This document shows positions 18,475-27,052 of a DNA stretch of 32,000 bases, one piece after another. Positions within the stretch are counted from its first letter, which is position 1. Every line of letters starts with the position of its first letter. The stretch comes from Patescibacteria group bacterium. GTDB taxonomy: Bacteria > Patescibacteriota > UBA1384 > XYA2-FULL-43-10. Location: assembly GCA_041674405.1 (NCBI GenBank), contig JBAYVT010000001.1, positions 218,827-250,826 of the forward strand, given 5' to 3'. The notes under the pieces were generated by a model. That model was not told where the DNA came from, ran no database searches, and saw only the letters and a list, made by a program, of their open reading frames with translations. A program made the position numbers and the translations under genes.

Positions 18475-20082
18475 TTACAGCTCTTTCAGCCGTTCTTCAA
18501 ATTCTTCGTCCAATTGAGATTTCAAATCTTCATGAAATTTGTCGTCATAATCTTTAACTGTGTCTTTAACTCGCCCGCAGCTTTTTTCTTCGAGGCAAAA
18601 ATGCGGAATTTGGCATTTGGTCACCATCAGTTTTGCAATATTAGGCAATTTTTTCCGTTCAAGAATTTTTTTAATTTTTTCCATTTCTTTAATAGCCATT
18701 GGGCGCAATTGCGCTTCAGCGGTCGTGCAGGTCCTCACCGGGTAATAACCAGCAATTAGATTATATAAATCGTATTGCTGCAAAATATCCACCCTAACTC
18801 CGCGCGGCATAATGAAAATAGCATCAGAGGGCTTAATTTTGTATTTCCCAATGAGTAAGAAATATGCATCGAGAGCATTAATGACAATATTCAAATATTC
18901 ATAAAGCAGACTTTTCTGCTTTTTTATAGTAGGCGGAATAGTGAAAAAACGATCAATAATTTTAAGGTCAGCCTCCGCTAGTTTTTCTTTGGCAATTTTA
19001 TTGCGGTATTTCTCAAAGATTGGCTGGCAGCGGTCAATAGCATAATACAGCGAGTCTGGCGTCATTGGTACTGTCCTATGGCGTTTTTTGTCTCCCCAAA
19101 CCCGCCAGGAAACTGCTGATAGCACCTTGACCGTAAGAGCAGTATTGTAGTCACGGCAAAAGTCATGCCGTAGAGCTAATAACTTACGCCAATTTTTTTT
19201 GATCATCCTTTTATTTGGGACTAATTCCTTTTCTTTCTTTACGATTTCCTTGGCGCTCCTATCAAGGCCTGGTGTAATTGTTGCATCTAAGCTAATTACA
19301 TCGGACAAGTCGTTGGAGATACCTTTAGCTTTAATTAGTTCGCGTGTAATGTTTATCTTTGCTGGATCCTTAAAGGGATTAGGATAAGGAAGAACATTTC
19401 GGCCTGCAAGATCTCTGGAAGCATATACTAAATCCACGCCATATTTTTTTAGCTCTTTTTCAATTTTTTGGATCATCATCTGGGCTTCTTCAGGCATCCA
19501 ATCACCTTGCGATTCTGCTTCCTTCTTAAAAGCTATTACAGATTCAATCGGGTAAGCGATAATACCGGTACCATATATACCATAATGCAGTGTTTTTGAT
19601 GCATCATCTTTGTTGATTCCACTTTTGAGCAATTTGTTTAGAAAATTGATATTATTATCTGAAATTTTTTTATAAATTGCTTTTGCTTCGGCATTATTGT
19701 TAATGGCAGTAGGGTATACTATGTCATCTACAGTGGTATCGGTGCGGCGTCCTGAAGCCATGAGCGCAGACGAGAAAACCATCCCGGTCATCAAAGAGTC
19801 AATAAATTTTGAAGCTTCATAGGTAAAACAGATCGCCGGTGTCGTGGCAATCGAGGCATGACCTCGAAGAGAGGACCGGCGAATAATGCCTTTGACTTTT
19901 TTGTCTAGGTCCTGGCCTTTTTCACAGACATCTTTGTAAAGATCTTTGACGGATTTGCCTTTAAATGTCATTAAAGCAGACAGAGAAACCAAATCTTGAG
20001 GCTTAAGATATCCTGTTTTATCTGCTAAAACCGGAATCACCCCCAAAAATGTGACTTTCATGTCTGATACTTTTCTTGCCAT
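18475..20082 (-). CDS. ThyX-like (flavin-dependent thymidylate synthase family) protein, apparently duplicated domain, 535 aa
   Basis: RRSSLRGHASIATTPAICFTYEASKFIDSLMTGMVFSSALMASGRR and a second RHRTVPM...YYPVRTCTTAEAQLR segment; located with deoxycytidylate deaminases. Confidence 0.75.
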   Translation of the reverse strand: MARKVSDMKVTFLGVIPVLADKTGYLKPQDLVSLSALMTFKGKSVKDLYKDVCEKGQDLDKKVKGIIRRSSLRGHASIATTPAICFTYEASKFIDSLMTGMVFSSALMASGRRTDTTVDDIVYPTAINNNAEAKAIYKKISDNNINFLNKLLKSGINKDDASKTLHYGIYGTGIIAYPIESVIAFKKEAESQGDWMPEEAQMMIQKIEKELKKYGVDLVYASRDLAGRNVLPYPNPFKDPAKINITRELIKAKGISNDLSDVISLDATITPGLDRSAKEIVKKEKELVPNKRMIKKNWRKLLALRHDFCRDYNTALTVKVLSAVSWRVWGDKKRHRTVPMTPDSLYYAIDRCQPIFEKYRNKIAKEKLAEADLKIIDRFFTIPPTIKKQKSLLYEYLNIVINALDAYFLLIGKYKIKPSDAIFIMPRGVRVDILQQYDLYNLIAGYYPVRTCTTAEAQLRPMAIKEMEKIKKILERKKLPNIAKLMVTKCQIPHFCLEEKSCGRVKDTVKDYDDKFHEDLKSQLDEEFEERLKEL

Positions 20083-20120
20083 AAAACTCCTTGAAAAAGT
20101 TAATTAGTATATATTAAATT

Positions 20121-20702
20121 TCAAAATCGTAACTCTTCTTTGATAAGTTCAACTTCGGGTGTCATATCAAAATACTCGCTGTTTATCTTGATTTTGCCTC
20201 GAAATTTTTCGCAAATTATTCCCCTTTTATTGGCCAAGCGTCTTGCTTCCGGCTCAGATTCTTTCTTGGATCCGTCACTGCCTTCCTTGACTCTTAAATA
20301 TTCGTCTAAATAAATAATCTTTTTGATTCCAAGATTGTTCAGTGCCTTTAAGCAGTCATAGCATGGAAAGAGGGTAATATATAAGGTTGAGCCTTTCAGG
20401 CGCTCAGTGTTGCCGGAATTAATAATCGCATTTATCTCGCTATGTGCCCCACGGCAACGCTGAATTTCATTCGTGTCCGGATCTCCATGCACCTTTGCGC
20501 AACCTTCATCAATACAATGAATATCGCCGGCGGTCGGCCCATTATAACCCAAAGAAATTACCCTGTGGTTTTCATCCACAAAAACGGAACCGACTTTGTG
20601 AAAAATACAAGCGGTTCTTTCCGCAGCAGCAACGGCAATGGTCATAAAAAACTCATCCCAAGAAAGCCTATGGTTTCTTTGATATTTCTTATCTTTTGCC
20701 AT
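20121..20702 (-). CDS. dCMP deaminase family protein (ComEB-like)
   Basis: Zinc ligand motifs GAHSEINAI and PCYDCLKAL; SLGYNGP. Confidence 0.9.
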   Translation of the reverse strand: MAKDKKYQRNHRLSWDEFFMTIAVAAAERTACIFHKVGSVFVDENHRVISLGYNGPTAGDIHCIDEGCAKVHGDPDTNEIQRCRGAHSEINAIINSGNTERLKGSTLYITLFPCYDCLKALNNLGIKKIIYLDEYLRVKEGSDGSKKESEPEARRLANKRGIICEKFRGKIKINSEYFDMTPEVELIKEELRF

Positions 20703-20716
20703 TTGTCCTCCGGTTA

Positions 20717-21256
20717 TTACACTTGGATTTCTTTACCCTTGCTGGTTACCCTTCCACCTTTCCATTGTCCCCGATATGCATTTGATTTCCCCGATATCTC
20801 AAAAAACATTATATGAACGATTCTGGCACCTAGTTCAATTTCAAATTCGCATGGACCAGAATTATAAAACAGAAATGAAAGTTCCCCGCAATATCCTGGA
20901 TCGATTTTTCCACCGGACATAATAATTCCTGATCGAAACAGGGTGCTCCTAAGCCACATCGCAGCAGTCAAATTCAGTGGCATATTTACCTTTTCGTTAG
21001 TTGTCACCAAGTAGCAATCGCCCGGTTTGAAAATAACTGATTGTTTTTTTTCTGGTATATATTCATATAACAATTTTGAGTCAGTCGAGTCGCGTTCGGT
21101 AAGCCCCATAAATCCCCTGCCGCTTATTTCATGCACTTTTCCAAGACACAGGTCAAAACCACAGCCCTCTGGATTTGTAAGCTCTCTTTCACACAGGTTT
21201 TCAACTAATTTTTGTTTTTTGACAAGATCCAAGAGTTTGTCCACGCCGAGTACCAT
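20717..21256 (-). CDS. dcd: dCTP deaminase / dUTPase family protein
   Basis: GFDLCLGKVHEI; WLRSTLFRSGIIMSGGKIDPGYCGELSFLFYN. Confidence 0.88.
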   Translation of the reverse strand: MVLGVDKLLDLVKKQKLVENLCERELTNPEGCGFDLCLGKVHEISGRGFMGLTERDSTDSKLLYEYIPEKKQSVIFKPGDCYLVTTNEKVNMPLNLTAAMWLRSTLFRSGIIMSGGKIDPGYCGELSFLFYNSGPCEFEIELGARIVHIMFFEISGKSNAYRGQWKGGRVTSKGKEIQV

Positions 21257-21601
21257 CTTCCCTCCAAATTTATTGATATATACCAGAAACTTTTTGATAA
21301 AAAATGCGCCGGATAATTAGCGCAAATTGTAGTTTATTTCTGTTTTTTAAAGTATAGCAATACATAAATATTTTGGCGCAAGAATCGATTTGAAGATACA
21401 AAAATTATAATCACAAATTGGCAAATTACTATTTTTTATTTCCAGCATTGGATATTTATACCTAAGGCATAAAGTAAAAAAATGTTTTAGACTTGAGAAA
21501 ACGCATAAGTTTTGCTATCATCATAATGTTTTTGGGCGGTTAGTCCCGATGCGGTAACCCGATCGGGATCCCGAAAGCTTCGCTCTTCGGGACTCTTTAC
21601 A

Positions 21602-21862
21602 ATGAAACCAAGCGTATATATTTTAAAACTCGATGACGGAAGTTATTATATTGGATCAACTCGCGACTTAAAGAGACGCATTGCTGAACACCGGAAAGGT
21701 TTAAAAGCCAGTACAAGATTTTCTAAGAATCCCCAGATCGTATTCTTCCAGAATTTTGAAACTTATCATCAAGCTCGAATTATCGAGATAAAATTAAAAT
21801 CCTATAAAAGTCGCAAAGTGATCGAAAAAATTATTAAGGAAGGAAAAATTAACAAATTATAA
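21602..21862 (+). CDS. GIY-YIG nuclease family protein (UPF0213-like)
   Basis: VYILKLDDGSYYIGSTRDLKRRIAEHRKG. Confidence 0.95.
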   Translation: MKPSVYILKLDDGSYYIGSTRDLKRRIAEHRKGLKASTRFSKNPQIVFFQNFETYHQARIIEIKLKSYKSRKVIEKIIKEGKINKL

Positions 21863-21866
21863 TAAT

Positions 21867-21943
21867 GGGCCCGTAGCTCAGTTGGTTAGAGCGCATCGTT
21901 GACATCGATGAGGTCTGCAGTTCGAGTCTGCACGGGCCCACCA
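21867..21943 (+). tRNA. tRNA-Val (anticodon GAC)
   Basis: GGGCCCGTAGCTCAGTTGGTTAGAGCGCATCGTTGACATCGATGAGGTCTGCAGTTCGAGTCTGCACGGGCCCACCA; perfect acceptor stem; encoded CCA. Confidence 0.97.
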
Positions 21944-21995
21944 AAAAAATCCCTACTTTGTTAGGAATTTTTTTGTTATCTAACTTATTAATTTG

Positions 21996-22868
21996 TTACT
22001 TTTTGGCTTTTTTCTTGACCGCAATTTTGGCAGCTTGTTTCGGTGCGACTTTCGGTACAGTAATAGTCAAAATTCCGTTGTCCATCTCAGCTTCGGCCTT
22101 TTCTGATTTAACTTCGGATGGCAGTGTGAAGCTTCTAGTAAATGATCCAGTATACATTTCTTTGTGATAAAATCCCTCGTCTTTTTCTTCCTTTTCCTCT
22201 TTTTTCTCACCAGAAATTGTCATTATGTTATCGGCAACTTCAACAGTGACATCTTCCTCGGCAACTCCCGGAAGTTCGGCTTTGACTATGACAGCGTCTT
22301 TGGTTTCTTTTACATTGATTTTCGGCATTCCGCCAGCCTTGGCTGGGGTGACAACGCTTTCCTCAAAAAGACGATCCATTGCATCACGGAGAGTAACCAT
22401 TTCTCCGAAAGGGCGCCACGGCCCAATTTCTCTTGGCATAGAATTCTCCTTTACCCCGAGCCTGTCGAGGGGTTTACCCACCTCATCGAGCCTGTCGAGG
22501 GGTTTACCCACCTCATCGAGCCTGTCGAGGGGTTTACCCACCTCATCGAGCCTGCCGAGGAGTCTCTCGTCCTCAATTTGTCCGAGTTGCCCAGCAGTTG
22601 CGGGGTTATGATTAATAATTTTTATTGGTGAATTATTTTCAAACATTTGATTAATTTCTTTTTCAAAATCAAATATTTCCTCAAATGCAGAATTGAAAAA
22701 ATTGCACATCGATACAACAAGGGGTAGTGATGGCATATATTTCCCCTGCTCAAGAGCGATCACAGACTGCCGGGAAATACCCAGAGCTTCGGCCAGTTCC
22801 TCTTGTGAAAGATCGTGTTGGCGACGAAGTTCGCGCAATCTGTTTTGAATGTTTGGTTCTTCTTTCAT
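21996..22868 (-). CDS. XRE-family HTH domain fused through a repeat linker to Hsp20/alpha-crystallin
   Basis: RLRELRRQHDLSQEELAEALGISRQSVIALEQGKYMPS, linker RLDEVGKPLD repeated three times, then KINVKETKDAVIVKAELPGVAEEDVTVEV...GSFTRSFTLP...MDNGILTITVPK. Internal ATG 22439 with its own SD. Confidence 0.88.
   Translation of the reverse strand: MKEEPNIQNRLRELRRQHDLSQEELAEALGISRQSVIALEQGKYMPSLPLVVSMCNFFNSAFEEIFDFEKEINQMFENNSPIKIINHNPATAGQLGQIEDERLLGRLDEVGKPLDRLDEVGKPLDRLDEVGKPLDRLGVKENSMPREIGPWRPFGEMVTLRDAMDRLFEESVVTPAKAGGMPKINVKETKDAVIVKAELPGVAEEDVTVEVADNIMTISGEKKEEKEEKDEGFYHKEMYTGSFTRSFTLPSEVKSEKAEAEMDNGILTITVPKVAPKQAAKIAVKKKAKK
22471..22560. repeat. Three 30-bp tandem repeats inside the HTH-Hsp20 ORF (third has one substitution)
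   Basis: GGTTTACCCACCTCATCGAGCCTGTCGAGG x3, preceded by a partial unit ending at 22470. Confidence 0.97.
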
Positions 22869-22926
22869 AATTTTTTACTCATCAGTGATGGAATTCTGTG
22901 AAAGATCCTTGTGGTTAAATTTCATT

Positions 22927-22962
22927 GATGTAAAGTTTACTTTACATCATGATCTTTGTCAA
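22927..22962 (-). promoter_or_regulatory. Promoter overlapped by palindromic operator
   Basis: Minus strand TTGACA (22962..22957) - 17 nt - TAAACT (22939..22934); palindrome GATGTAAAGT-TT-ACTTTACATC at 22927..22948 covers the -10. Confidence 0.85.
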
Positions 22963-23054
22963 GGTGCCTTAAATGAAATCAAAAGCTAAATCAAGAATTA
23001 AAACCGCAAAAAAATCAATAAATTTCAAATTACATTTATTAATTTTAATTATAG

Positions 23055-23654
23055 TTATAGGTTATCTTTCCCATAGAGAAATATCTTTGTTTTTTTGCCC
23101 AAATTGAAGGTTTTAGCTGATTTTATGAATATGTGCTCGGTGAATGTAAAAGACAGCGAAACGACCCTGGCATCCTCTTTGATTGCTGCAAAAAACCATG
23201 GCTCGATAGCAGTAAGAACCTTATTGAGCAAATATAGATATACTACATTAGCATGGCCTAAATGTTTTTTTGCTTTTTTAAAATCACCAAAAATTATTTT
23301 GATGTTTTTGCTCTCTCCGGCAAGAAATACGTTCCATCTTGATTTTAAAAAGCAGTAAGGCGAAATTTCTACCCCCACTCCTTTGGCTCCAAATATTCTG
23401 GCAGCAATTATTAAGCTCCTTGCGTTGCCACAACCGAGATCAACAACCAATTCGCCGCTTTTTAACTTGGCCAATTTGAATGCATCGATTATAGCTTGAT
23501 CAGAAGCATATACCGTAGGCGCACTAAAAATCGCTGCAAACAAAAGCGATCCCTGCCAAAAGCAAAGTACAAAAGAAATAACTAAAAATATTATCAAAAA
23601 TGCTGTCTGCATATTTACATGCGAATTATACCCGATCCAATGTGACGAGCTCAA
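23055..23654 (-). CDS. Membrane-anchored SAM-dependent methyltransferase
   Basis: N-terminal TM helix; ELVVDLGCGNARSLIIAARIFGAKGVGVEISPYC. Confidence 0.88.
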   Translation of the reverse strand: MSSSHWIGYNSHVNMQTAFLIIFLVISFVLCFWQGSLLFAAIFSAPTVYASDQAIIDAFKLAKLKSGELVVDLGCGNARSLIIAARIFGAKGVGVEISPYCFLKSRWNVFLAGESKNIKIIFGDFKKAKKHLGHANVVYLYLLNKVLTAIEPWFFAAIKEDARVVSLSFTFTEHIFIKSAKTFNLGKKTKIFLYGKDNL

Positions 23655-23747
23655 GCTTTGGGTGATAATCTCAAGATAATTTGAGGTTAAGCTCGGCCTA
23701 TATCCTGATATATAGTATGCGTACTCACAAAATGATAAGATTCAAAT

Positions 23748-24221
23748 ATGAAACATAGAATTCAAAAAGCCACAATCGAAGATTTGCCCGAGGTCCAGCG
23801 ATTGCGAAAGAAATTATTCGAATATGAAAAAGATCAGTTTGATAATCGACTTAATACCAAATGGTCTTACGAAGAAAAAGGTATCGAAAAATTAACTGAA
23901 CGGATTAAATCGCCAGATGATATTGTCCTTTTAGTCGAAAAAGAATCTAAAAACATAGGGATTTTGATTGGGTCTACCTGGGCCGACCCAACAATTAAGG
24001 ATCATAAATTAGTTGCCGAATTATCTTCTCTCTATATTGATGAAGGTTTTCGAGGCGAAGGCATCGGATCGGAATTGATCGAAAAATGCATAGCATGGGC
24101 CAAAGAAAAAGGGGCCGAGAGACTTACTCTAAATGTTGCGGCTGTTAATGATGCAGCACTTAGTCTTTACAAAAAATACGGATTTAATGATTATTATATG
24201 AAACTGAAAAAGGATTTATGA
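23748..24221 (+). CDS. GNAT family N-acetyltransferase
   Basis: SSLYIDEGFRGEGIGSELIEKCIAWAKEKGAERLTLNV...ALSLYKKYGF. Confidence 0.95.
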   Translation: MKHRIQKATIEDLPEVQRLRKKLFEYEKDQFDNRLNTKWSYEEKGIEKLTERIKSPDDIVLLVEKESKNIGILIGSTWADPTIKDHKLVAELSSLYIDEGFRGEGIGSELIEKCIAWAKEKGAERLTLNVAAVNDAALSLYKKYGFNDYYMKLKKDL

Positions 24222-24529
24222 TGGATATTTCCGAAATCTCAAAAAGAGCACTTGAAATAAGGTCAAAATACGCAGAATTGGAAATGAAAAAATTTGGACA
24301 CGAGTGGTCTAATAAAGAAATATTTAAAGGGTTCAAAAAAGATGTTTCTGATTTAGAATCACTGATCGCTGACGATCAAATAAGACCATCAGAGTTTGCC
24401 CACGAACTATCAGATTGCCTCTGGTCAATACTGGTCATGGCCAATAAATATGAAATAGATATTGAAAAATCTTTCCTTGAAACAATGAATGATTTAGAAC
24501 AAAAAATAAAACAGGAACTTGATCAATAA
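24218..24529 (+). CDS. MazG-like nucleotide pyrophosphohydrolase
   Basis: FAHELSDCLWSILVMANKYEIDIEKSFLETMNDLEQKI; overlaps the GNAT gene. Confidence 0.8.
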   Translation: MMDISEISKRALEIRSKYAELEMKKFGHEWSNKEIFKGFKKDVSDLESLIADDQIRPSEFAHELSDCLWSILVMANKYEIDIEKSFLETMNDLEQKIKQELDQ

Positions 24530-25134
24530 TGGCAGTATTAATCAATTTTAAAATTTGTGACAATGCGGAAGAATGTGCCGGCATAGAAACCTGCCCGAGT
24601 GGCGCACTTTCTTGGGATGATGAAAATAAGACGATCAAGATTGATAATGAGAAATGTACTAGCTGCGGCGCTTGCGAGAAAGCTTGTGGTGTTGAGGCAA
24701 TCAAGGTTGCGAGAACTGATGCTGAATATGCGCAGATCACGAAAGAATTCGACGAGGATCCGCGTACCGTCAACGATCTCATGGTCGACCGCTATGGCGC
24801 ACAAATAATTTTGCCATTTAATTTAATAGATGATGAAAGATTCGAAATTGACATTCTAAAAAGTGAAAAACTTGCGGTAGTTGAATTATTTAAAAACGAC
24901 ACGATCGAATGCATGATCAAGTCGATTCCAATCAAAGAGTTATTAGCCGGTTATGATTACAAATACCGCAAACTCGAAGTCAAAAACGAAGAAATTATGA
25001 AAAAGTATGATATTTCGCAACTTCCGGCACTGCTCTTTTTCAGAAATGGCAAACTAATTGGCAAGGTTGAAGAATATTTCACCACCGACCAAAAATCAGA
25101 AATTATCGCAAAAATTAAAGAAATTATGAACTAA
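24529..25134 (+). CDS. 4Fe-4S ferredoxin-like domain fused to a thioredoxin-like domain
   Basis: CTSCGACEKACGVEAIKV; C-terminal Trx-like YKYRKLEVKNEEIMKKYDISQLPALLFFRNGKLIG. Confidence 0.85.
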   Translation: MAVLINFKICDNAEECAGIETCPSGALSWDDENKTIKIDNEKCTSCGACEKACGVEAIKVARTDAEYAQITKEFDEDPRTVNDLMVDRYGAQIILPFNLIDDERFEIDILKSEKLAVVELFKNDTIECMIKSIPIKELLAGYDYKYRKLEVKNEEIMKKYDISQLPALLFFRNGKLIGKVEEYFTTDQKSEIIAKIKEIMN

Positions 25135-26114
25135 TGGCTAAAAATATCAAAAAAGTGAACAACGTGTCATTGATAGTTTTTTATGACCCCAAAGGCAAAA
25201 TTATGCTTCAGGATAGAAGGGGGCATAGCAAGGTCGGAGAGGAATGGGGATTTTTCGGCGGACATATTGAAGAGGGCGAAACTCCCGAACAAACCCTAAT
25301 CCGAGAAATTCAGGAAGAACTGGATATAGCCATTTCTGACTATAAATATATTGGAGAAGCAAATACACTAATCAACAATGTGGCGGTCAATCGCCACGTT
25401 TACATTGCTCCTATCGGCGAAAAAGAACCAGAAATTAATCTGAAAGAAGGTCATGGTTGTAAATTTTTCACTATAAATAGCGCGAAAAATCTTAAAATGG
25501 TTCCCGGAGACGAAAAGGCAGTGGAATTAGTCGGTGAATCTTTGGAAAAATTAATGCCTGACTTATTAGAAAAATCTATTGAGTTTGTTGATAAATCGTT
25601 TGGCAAGAAATCGCCACATTTCGAGCGGGCGCTGTATTGGGTCAAAATTCTTAAACCCGACGCGGATGAAGCTTTACAAATCGCCGCATACTGTCACGAT
25701 ATCGATCGATCAACTTGGATGAATTCGAAAGATCGCCCTGCTATCAGCAAGAAGCTGATGCTTCAAGATCTCGAAGCGATCCGAGAGCACGAGGAACATG
25801 GCGCAGAAATGATGTACGATTTCTTGGTCGCAAACGGAGCCGATGAATCTCTGGCAGAAAAAGTTCGCCACCTGATTTCTCGTCATGAAGAAGGCGACGA
25901 TGACGAACAAAATGTTTTGAAAGATGCGGACTCTATAAGCTATTTTGAAACGAACGCGGAAAGACACATCGCAGAACTGGGCACATTCACATTTCACGAA
26001 CTCAAATCAAAAACCGACTACATGTTCAATCGCATTACCTCTCCCGAAGCCAAGAAACTTGCCGAGCCGAATTACAAGTCTGCAATTGAAAAATTAGAGA
26101 AAGCTGCCAAATAA
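25134..26114 (+). CDS. NUDIX hydrolase fused to HD domain
   Basis: EWGFFGGHIEEGETPEQTLIREIQEELDI then HFERALYWVKIL...QIAAYCHDIDRS...HLISRHEEG. Confidence 0.9.
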   Translation: MAKNIKKVNNVSLIVFYDPKGKIMLQDRRGHSKVGEEWGFFGGHIEEGETPEQTLIREIQEELDIAISDYKYIGEANTLINNVAVNRHVYIAPIGEKEPEINLKEGHGCKFFTINSAKNLKMVPGDEKAVELVGESLEKLMPDLLEKSIEFVDKSFGKKSPHFERALYWVKILKPDADEALQIAAYCHDIDRSTWMNSKDRPAISKKLMLQDLEAIREHEEHGAEMMYDFLVANGADESLAEKVRHLISRHEEGDDDEQNVLKDADSISYFETNAERHIAELGTFTFHELKSKTDYMFNRITSPEAKKLAEPNYKSAIEKLEKAAK

Positions 26115-26116
26115 CA

Positions 26117-27040
26117 ATGCAAATATTTTTTACCTTGCTGATAAAAATATCGCCTTTGTATGGGCTCATTGCCTTGTCTTATATTGTCGGCAAATTTTTT
26201 ACCATCGATAGAAAAATTATTGCGAAATTTCTGATATATATTGTGATACCCCTTGTTGTCTTCAATGGCGTTATCTCTGCTAAACTTACGGCTGGTAATA
26301 TTGCACTGCCAATAACTTTTTTTGTAGTTGCGACTTTAATAAGCTTCTTTGCCGCATGGCTTGGAAGAAGATTCTGGCATGACAGCACAAAAAATCTGCT
26401 CGCCTTTGCCTCCGGTTCCGGCAACACGGGCTACTTCGGAATTCCGGTCGCAGTTGCAATTTTTAGTAACGACATGTTTAGCCTGGCTGTTCTTTCAACT
26501 TTGGGAATCATCCTGTTTGAGAATACTTTTGGTTTTTATCATGTTTCCAGAGGGCATTATTCGGTACGTGATAGTTTAAATAAAATTTTGAAATTACCAT
26601 CTATCTGGACATTCATAATCGGTTTGATCCTAAATATATTCGGAATACATTTTACAAACAGCCATTTTACTACTTATTCGAATGTAGTGAAAGATATTTA
26701 CGTGTTTTTTGGCATGTCCATGATCGGCCTAAGTTTAGCCGCTATCAAAACATACCAATTCGATTTTAAGTTTCTAATATTCTCCCATCTGAACAAGTTC
26801 ATATTGTGGCCCATTCTTATTGGCCTGATTATTTTATTTGACAAATTGGCGTTGCATATATTTAGCGCTGATAACTATAGGATTTTGCTTTTGATGTCTA
26901 TTGTCCCACTCGCTGCCAATACCGTGGTATATGCGACTGAGCTGCGTGCCCATCCGGAAAAAGCAGCGACAGCAGTTTTTATAAGCACAGTTATTGCACT
27001 ATTTTATATCCCGCTAATGGTTGGCATATTTATTAAGTAA
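26117..27040 (+). CDS. AEC (auxin efflux carrier) family transporter
   Basis: ISPLYGLIALSYIVGKFF, LLAFASGSGNTGYFGIPVAVAIF, PLAANTVVYATEL. Confidence 0.92.
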   Translation: MQIFFTLLIKISPLYGLIALSYIVGKFFTIDRKIIAKFLIYIVIPLVVFNGVISAKLTAGNIALPITFFVVATLISFFAAWLGRRFWHDSTKNLLAFASGSGNTGYFGIPVAVAIFSNDMFSLAVLSTLGIILFENTFGFYHVSRGHYSVRDSLNKILKLPSIWTFIIGLILNIFGIHFTNSHFTTYSNVVKDIYVFFGMSMIGLSLAAIKTYQFDFKFLIFSHLNKFILWPILIGLIILFDKLALHIFSADNYRILLLMSIVPLAANTVVYATELRAHPEKAATAVFISTVIALFYIPLMVGIFIK

Positions 27041-27052
27041 GAATTAAATAAT

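Noticed and set aside
22471-22560. 30-bp repeats as a possible CRISPR array
   Set aside because: Units are directly adjacent with no spacers and maintain a coding frame; no cas genes nearby.
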